A stretch of DNA of 64,000 nt, taken from positions 603,373 through 667,372 of the forward strand of contig DASWYC010000002.1 of assembly GCA_036405175.1 (NCBI GenBank), in the 5' to 3' direction. A program made the position numbers and the translations under genes. Every line of letters begins with the position of its first letter. Position 1 is the stretch's first letter. The notes under the pieces are model-generated. The model was given only the letters and a program-made list of their open reading frames with translations. It made no database searches and was not told the origin of the DNA. Source of the DNA: Minisyncoccota bacterium (GTDB lineage: Bacteria; Patescibacteriota; Minisyncoccia; Phycocordibacterales; UBA1006). Shown here piece after piece: positions 18,766-27,976 of the stretch.

Positions 18766-19452
18766 ATGAAATCTATGAATTCAGGAACTAAAGCAACCCT
18801 TATTACCGTGCTTGTACTTGCAGTATTGGTAGGGCTCTATTTTTATCTTACCCGTCCGGTGGCCACCTCGGATACACCCGTAACACCATCAGAAAATCTT
18901 GACACTACGAGCGCTACACAAAAGAAGCTCAATATTGTATCTGCAGAATCAAGCGCGCAATTTACCTTAAACGAAGATCTTCGCGGCAAAAAAACTAAAG
19001 TAATTGGAACTACCAATCAAATTGCCGGAGAAATTATTGTTGATACCAAAAATCCTGCAGAAATTACCATTGGAGAAATTAAAGTTGATGCTCGTACGCT
19101 TAAAACAGATAATGAGCAGCGCAATGGGGCTCTTGCCCGTTTTATCTTAAAGACCGAGGAGACTGGTAATGAATATATTACCTTTAAGTCAACTGCGGTG
19201 ACCGATGTGCCTGCAGTAATTACTCCAAATACTCCATTTAATTTTAGTGTTGTTGGATATTTGACCGTGCGCGGCTCAACCAAATTGGTAACCTTTGAGG
19301 CAACGGGTGTTTGGAAGGATGACAATTCATTTAGTGCAACGGCAAGTACTACCGTTGCATACGCTGATTTTGGATTGAGTATCCCTGATCTTCCATTCTT
19401 GGCAAACGTTGATAAAAATACCACCCTTACTGTTTCTGTGGTGGCACGATAA
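18766..19452 (+). CDS. YceI family protein
   Basis: N-terminal TM, SSAQF, LKTDNEQRN, GYLTVRGSTKLVTF, DFGL. Confidence 0.85.
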   Translation: MKSMNSGTKATLITVLVLAVLVGLYFYLTRPVATSDTPVTPSENLDTTSATQKKLNIVSAESSAQFTLNEDLRGKKTKVIGTTNQIAGEIIVDTKNPAEITIGEIKVDARTLKTDNEQRNGALARFILKTEETGNEYITFKSTAVTDVPAVITPNTPFNFSVVGYLTVRGSTKLVTFEATGVWKDDNSFSATASTTVAYADFGLSIPDLPFLANVDKNTTLTVSVVAR

Positions 19453-19522
19453 GTGTACGTTTTTAGAGAGAAAATGCCGGGCGCCCCAAAAGGGCGCCCG
19501 GCATTTTCCATTCAATACAAGC

Positions 19523-19599
19523 AAAAAACCTTCCACGACGAAGGCCTTTTGGGCAGCCATCTTCATATGTCCCATATGTCGATGGCTCGGACTAGTATA
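19523..19599 (-). ncRNA. Putative two-hairpin sRNA of about 65-70 nt
   Basis: Minus-strand TATACT, hairpin AGCCATC..CATATG-gga-CATATG..GATGGCT, terminator CCTTC/GAAGG plus T6. Confidence 0.4.
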
Positions 19600-19705
19600 A
19601 AGAGGAGCTCCTCAAGAATTTCTCAAGATGCCACCAAGGGAAAAATAACCAATTTGTTTGACACCCCTAGCGATATAAAAAACATGCGTGATATACTGAC
19701 CGCAT

Positions 19706-20449
19706 ATGACCACCGCCTATACTTTTGCTAGCCATGACATGCTGTTGGATGAAATTCCATTTGGCATCAATAAAACGTATACATTTAAAATTAAGGATAT
19801 GCCTGACGAGGATAAACCTCGTGAAAAAATGATTCGCAGCGGAGCAGGCGCACTTTCTGCTGCAGAGCTTGTTGCCGTGCTCCTTAATACGGGAACCAAA
19901 AAAGAAGATGTGATGAGTATGGCGTCGCGCATTGTTAAAGAATATGGTGAACGAACATTGGTGGGACACACTAATCCAACCAAGTTAGCAGAAGATTTGG
20001 ATATTCCATTAGCAAAAGCCTTTCAGGTTGTGGCATCGGCTGAACTTGGTCGTCGCTTTTATGCACAACGTGAACATGGGTTGATAACTATTCGCACTGC
20101 TAAAGATGTATTTGAATATCTTCATGGCATGAGAGCTCTTCCTAAAGAACATGTTCGCGGACTCTATCTTAATACGCATCATCAAATCATTCATGATGAG
20201 GTAATCTCTATTGGAACTATTAACAGCAATCTTATTCATCCACGAGAGGTGTTTAAACCTGCTATTGAGTACGCGGCAGTTGCGGTAATTTTGGCACACA
20301 ATCATCCGTCAGGAATTGTGACACCAAGCAAGGCTGATATTGAAATTACCCAGCATTTGGTAGCAGCAGGTAAGATGATCGGAGTACCTCTGGTGGATCA
20401 TGTGGTCGTTACTAAAGATAACTTTATGAGTATTGATGTTGATTATTAA
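19706..20449 (+). CDS. radC: RadC/JAB domain protein
   Basis: DKPREKM..GAGALSAAELVAVLL, HPREVF, LAHNHPSG..PSKADI, DHVVV. Confidence 0.93.
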   Translation: MTTAYTFASHDMLLDEIPFGINKTYTFKIKDMPDEDKPREKMIRSGAGALSAAELVAVLLNTGTKKEDVMSMASRIVKEYGERTLVGHTNPTKLAEDLDIPLAKAFQVVASAELGRRFYAQREHGLITIRTAKDVFEYLHGMRALPKEHVRGLYLNTHHQIIHDEVISIGTINSNLIHPREVFKPAIEYAAVAVILAHNHPSGIVTPSKADIEITQHLVAAGKMIGVPLVDHVVVTKDNFMSIDVDY

Positions 20450-20450
20450 T

Positions 20451-20747
20451 ATGAATACAATTCCAAAAGTATATAACCTGTCTGCATATATTGGATTTAT
20501 TAGCACCGATGGTGTTCCTCAACCGGTGTCGCCCATGGCATCATTTATGCTCCGCGATGCAGCTTCAGAAAAGACCCTTCAATTGGTAGATCATTATCAC
20601 GATCTGTACCAGCTCTTTTTACGAGAGTTTGCAGAACTTGGATACGATACGATTTCAAGTGCTGAACGTGAGACACGTCTCCAAAAGATTCTTGAACAGA
20701 TCTTTGAAGTACGCAGAATGCTTGAGGCTGAATCAATTCAAGCGTAA
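20451..20747 (+). CDS. Hypothetical protein
   Basis: ATG 1 nt after the radC stop; followed by a strong terminator at 20751-20788. Confidence 0.6.
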   Translation: MNTIPKVYNLSAYIGFISTDGVPQPVSPMASFMLRDAASEKTLQLVDHYHDLYQLFLREFAELGYDTISSAERETRLQKILEQIFEVRRMLEAESIQA

Positions 20748-20809
20748 TTCCAACAGAAAAGCCACAGTAGTTTGTGGCTTTTCTGTTGTTTGAGGGGGTA
20801 AGGAAAATA

Positions 20810-20838
20810 TTGACATGGTATATAAATTATGATATAAT
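20810..20838 (+). promoter_or_regulatory. Perfect-consensus sigma70 promoter
   Basis: TTGACA-17-TATAAT with extended TG. Confidence 0.85.
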
Positions 20839-20886
20839 ATATAAGAAATTTTTAATAAAACAACTAAACACCCGTAGGGTACTACA

Positions 20887-21954
20887 ATGTTAAAACTCAA
20901 AACAATTTGCACAGTCATAATTGCTGTGATTATTTTTTCTTGTAAAAATAATAAATCTCAAGAGCCGGAAGAATCAAAAACACTCTCTCTGAATGAAATT
21001 TATTATGAGTTGGTCGAAAGTGAAGGAATGGGCGAACGCAAATACCTAAGCTTATACGATACACTTGCTTTGTTGAAAAAAGATTCTGCTAAGATAATTT
21101 TAACAGAAAAACTTATTGCCTCCCATTATGACTTTGCTAATATAAGTATCTTTTGGACGCATGTAAATCTTACATATCTAAAAAGTCGTCCAGACTTTAT
21201 GGTGTGCTTTAAAGATGGATTAAGCAAAATGCCACTCGAAAAGAGTCGCGAATTTCTTGAGTTTTGCACTAACGAAAAAGACTTTTTGGAAAGAGTAAAA
21301 TATCCTGAAAAACTTCTTAATGGAGCCAACTTTTATCTTGATTTATTGCAACAAAGAGGAGACGCTGAGTTGCGACAAATGTATGTAGGTGTATTTCTTG
21401 AAAGCGTCTCCGATCGAGATATTGTTAAGGAGTATAAGAATGATGGGTATGAAACAACAGGCAATATGGGCCTTCTTGTTGAGTCGGGAAATAGCCTAAG
21501 GATGAAGAGAGTTTTTAGTAAGTTGTCGGGCAATGAATTAATGAAGCTATTCTACGCACAAACCGATTCGACGACTCAAGGTGTTTGTATGGACATTGTA
21601 AGGAAATATCCTATTACCTCAATCAACCCCTCTTACATTCTTGAAACAGCAGCTCTCAAAAAGAATCTTTCTTTTAAGAGAATCCGTTCTTTGGTTGCAA
21701 ATTATGGAGCCTATAATGTAGATGACATAATCACAGTTATCGGTTATGATCCGGGCGATGAACCAAATGATCCTCGAGAAAATAAGGATCGCATACTGGA
21801 CGATGGCTTCATAAAGTCTTTAAAGAAAAAACTTATTTCTACTGTAAAGACTGTTGAGGATTATGAAACAGTTAGGCATTACTTTGTAGAAAATGAGGAA
21901 AACTTCTACCTTGACCTTCTAAGGGAAGAGAAGGCAAAAATGAGTTTAAAGTAG
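20887..21954 (+). CDS. Hypothetical lipoprotein (orphan unit)
   Basis: MLKLKTICTVIIAVIIFS|CKNNKSQEPEE lipobox; helical body; terminator at 21974-22005. Confidence 0.75.
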   Translation: MLKLKTICTVIIAVIIFSCKNNKSQEPEESKTLSLNEIYYELVESEGMGERKYLSLYDTLALLKKDSAKIILTEKLIASHYDFANISIFWTHVNLTYLKSRPDFMVCFKDGLSKMPLEKSREFLEFCTNEKDFLERVKYPEKLLNGANFYLDLLQQRGDAELRQMYVGVFLESVSDRDIVKEYKNDGYETTGNMGLLVESGNSLRMKRVFSKLSGNELMKLFYAQTDSTTQGVCMDIVRKYPITSINPSYILETAALKKNLSFKRIRSLVANYGAYNVDDIITVIGYDPGDEPNDPRENKDRILDDGFIKSLKKKLISTVKTVEDYETVRHYFVENEENFYLDLLREEKAKMSLK

Positions 21955-22009
21955 GTTCTTTAGTTTTTAATTAATAAAAGCTGTATCGGGTGATACAGCT
22001 TTTATCGTG

Positions 22010-22081
22010 TGCTCTCGCTAGGAATCGAACCTAGATCACGGGTACCGCAAACCCGCGTTCTATCCATTGAACTACGAAAGC
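22010..22081 (-). tRNA. tRNA-Arg(GCG)
   Basis: Reverse complement GCTTTCGTAGTTCAATGGATAGAAC..CGGGT-TTGCGGT-ACCCG..GGTTCGATTCC..GAGAGCA. Confidence 0.93.
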
Positions 22082-22158
22082 AGTAGTGAAATAATACCAT
22101 ATTTAACCATTCTTTCAAGTTTAGCTCATGCAAAAACAGCCCTTCCGACTGTTTTGTT

Positions 22159-22632
22159 TTAGTACCCCAATCGCTCCAAAAAGATCGTAATTGCTGACTC
22201 TTTAATTTCTTCCATTGGAATATATTCAGCAAGAATATGAGCGATTTCTTCCGGGTCTACCTCTGGTGCAATGGGGACAATAGCAATTCCATCAAATTCA
22301 AGCGGGGTTTTTAGGAGAAGGTGATGAATACCTGCATTAGTGGTAATCATCCAAAAATGATCAATCTTTTCATATGGAAAGGCTTCGTGCCCACAGCGAA
22401 CACCTTTATCTGAAATACTAATGGTTATCACCCCCGGCTTCTTTTGTGAAAAGTATGCAAAAAGTCCACCCACCAACACACAAATAATTGCAAAAAGAGG
22501 ATTATCCAAAACAAGCGACAAAACCACTCCGGCTACGGTTACGGCTCCAATTCCAATAAACCATTCCTTGGGGCTTTCTACGTAAGTGAACTCTTCGGCT
22601 TGATAGGTGAGGAGGATGTCTTCATGTTGCAT
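22159..22632 (-). CDS. Conserved CPR membrane protein (2 TM plus PH-like domain)
   Basis: EEFTYVESPKEWF, two TM, ISDKGV..FPYEKIDHFW, terminal FLERLGY. Confidence 0.75.
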   Translation of the reverse strand: MQHEDILLTYQAEEFTYVESPKEWFIGIGAVTVAGVVLSLVLDNPLFAIICVLVGGLFAYFSQKKPGVITISISDKGVRCGHEAFPYEKIDHFWMITTNAGIHHLLLKTPLEFDGIAIVPIAPEVDPEEIAHILAEYIPMEEIKESAITIFLERLGY

Positions 22633-22731
22633 AAGCGTCAAACTTTGATATAGTGTATCATGTAATTTGTACATCAATCGAGGGAATTACCGGAATTTAG
22701 CCGCTAGACTAAACGAGAATCAAATACATTT

Positions 22732-22818
22732 GGAGGAGTGGCAGAGTGGTCGATTGCACCTGTCTTGAAAACAGGAGACCGGGGAACCGGTCCGTGAGTT
22801 CGAATCTCACCTCCTCCG
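22732..22818 (+). tRNA. tRNA-Ser(TGA)
   Basis: GGAGGAG/CTCCTCC acceptor, CCTGT-CTTGAAA-ACAGG, long variable arm. Confidence 0.96.
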
Positions 22819-22846
22819 CACTAAAGAGATGCTATAAAATATTTAT

Positions 22847-23188
22847 ATGAGAAATCAATACATTGGTAAATGGAAGGAATGTGGTTGGCAAGAAATCAAT
22901 TTAGATTTTAATGTTGAAAACTTAAAGCTTTTATTAAAAGAAGGCTTGATTGTTTCAGGAGAATATACACATCAAGATATTGCTCAGTGGTGTAATCAGT
23001 ACACGATGTATTTTATAGAAAGAGAAATTCGTGAAGAGGGGTGTGGTGTCGCAGAAGACGTGAGTATGCAATGGGATTTATTTTTAACAAACAAGTATTC
23101 TCTTGAAGAACTACAAAGTTTAGACTTTTCAAAAGTAAGATTACCATCTGAATGGTTTGAAGAATGGATCAAAGAGCTTGAAAAATAA
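22847..23188 (+). CDS. Hypothetical protein
   Basis: 113 aa acidic, Trp-rich ORF; leaderless-type TAAAAT-6-ATG. Confidence 0.7.
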   Translation: MRNQYIGKWKECGWQEINLDFNVENLKLLLKEGLIVSGEYTHQDIAQWCNQYTMYFIEREIREEGCGVAEDVSMQWDLFLTNKYSLEELQSLDFSKVRLPSEWFEEWIKELEK

Positions 23189-23202
23189 ATTATTATTAAA
23201 CT

Positions 23203-23592
23203 ATGAAAAAAGTATATCTAGCTGGTCAGCCAAATAAATATGAGAAGGATTGGAAAGAGGGATTTAAGAAACTTTCTGGTTTTGAATTTTATGACTGGGA
23301 ATTTGATTCAGATCAAACATCACCGGATACATTCTTTCCAGATGATTTACATGCTGTTAATAATGCTGATATTTTAATTGCAAATCCTGGTATCGCGCCA
23401 TCAGAATCAACATGGGTTGAGGTTGGGGCTTTTTATATGAAGAATACTCAACCTGGTAAATTTTGTGATCGGATAATAATTATTTGGCAAGAAGATCGTA
23501 GGCCAAAGTGGTCAATAGAATTTGTTAAAAAGGTAGGCAAGGTTGTTGGTTCGATTGAAGAGGCAATCAAAGAGCTTGCTTTACTCAAGTAA
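23203..23592 (+). CDS. Nucleoside 2-deoxyribosyltransferase-like protein
   Basis: KVYLAG, DLHAVNNADILIA, STWVEVGAF motifs. Confidence 0.75.
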   Translation: MKKVYLAGQPNKYEKDWKEGFKKLSGFEFYDWEFDSDQTSPDTFFPDDLHAVNNADILIANPGIAPSESTWVEVGAFYMKNTQPGKFCDRIIIIWQEDRRPKWSIEFVKKVGKVVGSIEEAIKELALLK

Positions 23593-23610
23593 GGCAATCA
23601 GATTAATTAT

Positions 23611-24099
23611 ATGAAGCTTGATATTGAAAAAATTGAAGACATTCTCTATCCTAGAAAGTTTAAGTTTTTTAGTGTAAGTACTCAAATTGTTGCAGTTGTT
23701 TTAATTTTTATTAGCTACACTATTCTTGCTTACTTGGATTATGAAAAGACGGGAACTATATTCGGACTTCCATTTAGAGCAGGAATTCTTTTTGTTCCTA
23801 TATTTGAAGAATTAATTTTTCGAGGTTGTATCTTGGTGGGACTTACTCGATACTATTCTGTTAAAAAATCAATCGTCATCTCGTCCCTTTTGTTTGGATT
23901 ATGGCATTTTAAAAACATTTTTGTTATGCCTATCGATGATGTTGTCTCTCAAATGCTATATGCGGGCTTAATCTTTGGTCCAATTGTTGCATATTTAACC
24001 CTTAGATTAAAAAGTATTTGGCCAGGAGTTATTCTTCATTATTTAAATAATATCTTAGCTCCACTTTTACCAATGATATGGCTTTTACTCCAAAAGTAA
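23611..24099 (+). CDS. CPBP (Abi/CAAX) intramembrane glutamic endopeptidase
   Basis: PIFEELIFRG, SSLLFGLWH, ILHYLNN motifs. Confidence 0.92.
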   Translation: MKLDIEKIEDILYPRKFKFFSVSTQIVAVVLIFISYTILAYLDYEKTGTIFGLPFRAGILFVPIFEELIFRGCILVGLTRYYSVKKSIVISSLLFGLWHFKNIFVMPIDDVVSQMLYAGLIFGPIVAYLTLRLKSIWPGVILHYLNNILAPLLPMIWLLLQK

Positions 24100-24621
24100 C
24101 GAATTTAATTTTCTCACAGTGTTTATATTTCTAATTGTTATCTGCTTGTAAACTTTACCCAAAATAACTTTTGGAACTTTGCTTTTTCCGTAATGCTTAC
24201 GTTCAATATTCCATACGAGTGCACCATTAGTGTAGATGAGCGTTTCAATATCTGGATTAATAGGAAACTCCTTGAGAATCTTTTTGCTATCAATTTCTGG
24301 CCACAAAAAAATTACATCCGTCTTTATTTCGGTGTTATTGATCCAATCTTCAGGGGTGGCCCTAGAAATTGCTTGAATATTTTTTGCACTGCGCACGAGT
24401 GCGGGGATTGACAGCTGGAAGTCTTTTGCAATTTCGGCTTCGATGGTTTTTGCCAATGTGTCTTCTGAGGATGCTTTGGTCTCAAAGATAACATTTCCAG
24501 AATTAATATAGGTACGTACATTTTCAAATCTAAGTGACTCAAACGTTTGTTTGAGTTTTTTCATGTCTACCTTATTTCCACCACCAACATTGATGCCTCT
24601 CAAAAGGGCTATATATATCAT
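24085..24621 (-). CDS. DUF1697 family protein
   Basis: YIALLRGINVGG, VRTYINSGNV, TIRNINTVRKL. Confidence 0.93.
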   Translation of the reverse strand: MIYIALLRGINVGGGNKVDMKKLKQTFESLRFENVRTYINSGNVIFETKASSEDTLAKTIEAEIAKDFQLSIPALVRSAKNIQAISRATPEDWINNTEIKTDVIFLWPEIDSKKILKEFPINPDIETLIYTNGALVWNIERKHYGKSKVPKVILGKVYKQITIRNINTVRKLNSLLLE

Positions 24622-24716
24622 GAGAGCATTTTAACACCATAAAGAAGTTGGGCAAAACAAAACCCATCTTAATTAAAAATTAAGATGGGGTATGAGTAAT
24701 CGGAATTCAGATTTGT

Positions 24717-25211
24717 TTATTTCACAAGATTTTGAGATGCCCAGAGTAGAAAACTGAATTTTGAGCAATTTACTATGATTGGTAGCGATAGTGCTATTAT
24801 GAACCCAACCATTTTAGTTAAGGAGAACTTTTCTTCAAGGCTTTTTTTGAATAGCCAGGCAGCTGTATAAAAGATAAGTACAAACACAAGATTTAGAGTT
24901 TCTCCTTCTGTTAATGGAAACTTTCTATCTCCATAACGATCGGTGCTGTAATCATATATTGTCGTTTCATTGTAATAACTATGCCAAAACTCGTACACAA
25001 CTCCAGAGGGTGGGTTTTGAAGTTTTAGGATAGTTGTCTCGTAAGAGATGTTGTCTTCGTATGAAGAGGACTTTTTGCTTAGATGGAATGCGAACGAGGC
25101 AATAAATACTGCCGATGCAAACCAAACAAGCATTGTCCAATATAAGATATTCTCAAGTAATGTTAGACTTTTTTCTTCAGACGACGGAAGTGTTTCTACT
25201 AATGTTTCCAT
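24717..25211 (-). CDS. Hypothetical membrane protein (3 TM, orphan unit)
   Basis: Promoter TTGACG-17-TATAAT (25325-25353), 5' hairpin at about 25243-25281, terminator at about 24663-24689. Confidence 0.7.
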   Translation of the reverse strand: METLVETLPSSEEKSLTLLENILYWTMLVWFASAVFIASFAFHLSKKSSSYEDNISYETTILKLQNPPSGVVYEFWHSYYNETTIYDYSTDRYGDRKFPLTEGETLNLVFVLIFYTAAWLFKKSLEEKFSLTKMVGFIIALSLPIIVNCSKFSFLLWASQNLVK

Positions 25212-25420
25212 TTTGATTACAAATTATTAAAAGTGAATGATAAGTTTCTTTGAATCACCAAAAGGGAACTCAAAGAAACTTACAATTCTCTTAAAATCTA
25301 TGTTAAATAACGCTTTTCTATAATATTATAGCATATATATGATATATCGTCAATAATCAAGAATCTTATTAAAAATGAGCCTAATTTCCCAATATGTATA
25401 ATCTGACATACAATCAGCCT

Positions 25421-26560
25421 ATGGAGCCGCTTGCATCGCAAATCCGTCCTCAAAACCTCAAAGAATATATTGGTCAACAGCATTTGGTTGGCATTGGTCA
25501 GCCGCTTGAAGTGGCTATTTCAAAGAAGCATCTCTTCTCATTTATTTTATGGGGCCCACCAGGGGTCGGAAAGACTACCTTGGCAAAGATTTATGCCGAA
25601 GCACTCAACGCGGATTATCATGAACTCTCCGCGGTGTCGGCGAGCAAGGATGATATTAGAAAGATTGTTGAGGCAGAGGCGGGACTCTTTGGTCCAAAGA
25701 TTTTATTCTTGGATGAGATTCATCGCTTTAATAAAGCACAGCAGGATTTTTTATTGCCGTTTGTTGAATCGGGCAAACTTACCCTCATTGGTGCAACAAC
25801 TGAAAATCCAAGCTTTGAAGTGATTCCTGCGCTATTGTCTCGTTGCAGGGTGTTTGTACTCAATGAATTTAATGATGAGGAGATGGCGCGTGTTCTTGAG
25901 CGCACTGGAATAGTGCTGGCTAATGATGCGCGTGATTGGTTGGTTGACATGGCAAATGGTGATGCTCGTCAGGCAATTACGATGATCGAAAACACTCAAC
26001 GGCTGTACGGCGATGTGACTTTGGAAGCGCTCAAAAACACTTTGCAGTCAAAACATCTTCGCTATGATAAAAAGGGTGAAGAGCATTACAATACTATTTC
26101 TGCTTTTATTAAAAGCATGCGTGCGAGTCAGCCAAATGCGGCGCTCTATTATTTGAATCGGATGATTGAAGCAGGGGAGGATGCAAAGTTTATTGCTCGT
26201 CGCATGGTGATTTTTGCATCAGAAGATATTGGTATGGAAGATCCTCATGCATTGGTATTGGCAAATGCAGTATTTAGAGCTGTTGAAACCGTTGGGTATC
26301 CGGAAGCGGGAATTAACTTAGGTCACGGTGTAGTGTATCTTTCAAAGGCACCAAAAAGCAAAGCAGCATATTATGCATACTTGGCGGCAAAAGCTGATGC
26401 TCAGCAGTTTGGTAATGCAAAGATTCCGATGAGTATTAGAAATGCGCCAACTAAATTGATGAAAGATTTGGGGTATGGAGAAGGATATGAAAAGTACACA
26501 GAAGAAGATTTGCTCCCAGATGAGTTAAAAGGAAAACAGTATTGGAAAGAAAGTGATTAA
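25421..26560 (+). CDS. rarA: Replication-associated recombination protein A
   Basis: PLASQIRP, WGPPGVGKTT, DEIHRFNKAQQD, GATTENPSF, ISAFIKSMR, ASEDIG. Start at 25421 from TACAAT-6-ATG. Confidence 0.96.
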   Translation: MEPLASQIRPQNLKEYIGQQHLVGIGQPLEVAISKKHLFSFILWGPPGVGKTTLAKIYAEALNADYHELSAVSASKDDIRKIVEAEAGLFGPKILFLDEIHRFNKAQQDFLLPFVESGKLTLIGATTENPSFEVIPALLSRCRVFVLNEFNDEEMARVLERTGIVLANDARDWLVDMANGDARQAITMIENTQRLYGDVTLEALKNTLQSKHLRYDKKGEEHYNTISAFIKSMRASQPNAALYYLNRMIEAGEDAKFIARRMVIFASEDIGMEDPHALVLANAVFRAVETVGYPEAGINLGHGVVYLSKAPKSKAAYYAYLAAKADAQQFGNAKIPMSIRNAPTKLMKDLGYGEGYEKYTEEDLLPDELKGKQYWKESD

Positions 26561-26597
26561 GACGTGTTCACGAAGGCGAAAGATATATACTGATTAT

Positions 26598-26801
26598 ATG
26601 ATAACTATTGATGATATTAAAACATTGAATCCAGAGCTGAATGCTATTCTTAAAGAAATGTGGCGGATTGATAAAAAGATTAATGAACAGGAAGTCCTTT
26701 CTGATGAAGAGCAAGCTTTTTATGATCAACATCTGGAAACTATTGTTCAATACTATATAAAAAGTAGCGAGTACTGGAATTCGCGCAGCAAGCTAGTTTA
26801 A
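26598..26801 (+). CDS. Small hypothetical protein
   Basis: TATACT-6-ATG start; followed by a hairpin at about 26801-26826. Confidence 0.55.
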   Translation: MITIDDIKTLNPELNAILKEMWRIDKKINEQEVLSDEEQAFYDQHLETIVQYYIKSSEYWNSRSKLV

Positions 26802-26839
26802 AACACGGGTTCGTCCGTGCTTTAAACTAGAGGTTGTTG

Positions 26840-27268
26840 CTACAAACTTTCCGCATGCTTTTTAAAGTTTTCTAGAATTGCTGACCAGCCGGCGCGCTGA
26901 AGCTCTTCGGTGTTTTGATTTTCCATTGCAAAGGTTTGAATGATTTTTGTTCCGCCTTCAGCTTGGGTAAAGAGAATATCTACAGAACGTCCATCTCCAA
27001 TAACGTATGCAATGTGATGAAGAGGTTCTACCGCGGTGTATGTAGCTTCAAAGGTAAAGTCATGCTGACCATCTGGTGACCCATATCCAATCTTAAGTAT
27101 TCCACCTGTGCGTAGATCATTTTCTGCAAACGGGGTATTCCAGTCGTCGCTAGCATGCGACCATTGCATAATGTGTGCGGGTTGATTCCATGCATCCCAT
27201 ACGATTTCAATCGGTTTGTTGATCGTGGTTTCAATGGTAATATTTTTGAAATTTGATTGAGGTTCCAT
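26840..27268 (-). CDS. SRPBCC/AHSA1 family protein
   Basis: VWDAWNQPAHIMQW, DLRTGG, QRAGWSAILENFK. Confidence 0.9.
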   Translation of the reverse strand: MEPQSNFKNITIETTINKPIEIVWDAWNQPAHIMQWSHASDDWNTPFAENDLRTGGILKIGYGSPDGQHDFTFEATYTAVEPLHHIAYVIGDGRSVDILFTQAEGGTKIIQTFAMENQNTEELQRAGWSAILENFKKHAESL

Positions 27269-27342
27269 TTAGAAATTATACACACAATATGAGAAGTTTG
27301 TCAGTATTTTATTATTTATAATCTGCCGTACAATGGTGAAAT

Positions 27343-27957
27343 ATGGAACAAAACTTAGACAGCAAATTAGTAATGAAACCAAAGTTTGATATTGTATACA
27401 AAGGGAAAATGTTTGAAGTGGTACAGTGGGAAGGAAAGCCGGGGAAGATTTTTGAAGCCGCAGTGCGTTCGCCGGGAGTTCGTTTGTTGATTGAATGTGA
27501 AAAAGACGGAACACCTGCACTATTAATGACCAAGGAGATTCGTCGAGAAATGAGTGGTTTTGACTACCGTCTTCCTGGAGGGAAAGTTTTTGATACGTTA
27601 GATGAACTCAACGCCGTACGGGAATCTGGAGAAAGTATTTCAGAAAAAGCTCAAGCAGCGGGGAAGAAAGAGGGAAAGGAGGAGGCTGGAATTGAGGGCG
27701 GTACCTACAGAGAAGTTCTTATTTCAAAGGCAGGTGCTTCTGTGGAATGGGATCTTCATTATTTTACCGTTACGGGAGCTGAAATCGGGATTCAGGAGTC
27801 GGAAGAAGAGCGAGGAGAAATTGAATCTGTTATTAAGCTTACCGCTCAAGAAATTTTTGAAAAGTTAGTTGCTGGAGAAATTCAAGAAGGACGATCAGCG
27901 GATGTATTGTGGCGCTGGCTTGCTCAAAAAGGCTATATTCAATTCATGAAGAATTAG
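27343..27957 (+). CDS. NUDIX-like hydrolase
   Basis: RSPGVRLLI, DYRLPGGKV...KEGKEEAG (Nudix box with an insertion). Confidence 0.75.
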   Translation: MEQNLDSKLVMKPKFDIVYKGKMFEVVQWEGKPGKIFEAAVRSPGVRLLIECEKDGTPALLMTKEIRREMSGFDYRLPGGKVFDTLDELNAVRESGESISEKAQAAGKKEGKEEAGIEGGTYREVLISKAGASVEWDLHYFTVTGAEIGIQESEEERGEIESVIKLTAQEIFEKLVAGEIQEGRSADVLWRWLAQKGYIQFMKN

Positions 27958-27976
27958 CATGCTACACTAATTTTAT

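Noticed and set aside
19706-20449. radC as a marker of a mobile element or CBASS-type JAB system
   Set aside because: It is a full-length chromosomal-type RadC with no neighbouring cyclase, E1/E2 or mobility genes.
14697-26560. Alternative genetic code (TGA=Gly as in Gracilibacteria/Absconditabacteria)
   Set aside because: Conserved genes are uninterrupted in code 11, and TGA ends genes at expected positions (for example rarA, ruvA, ruvX).
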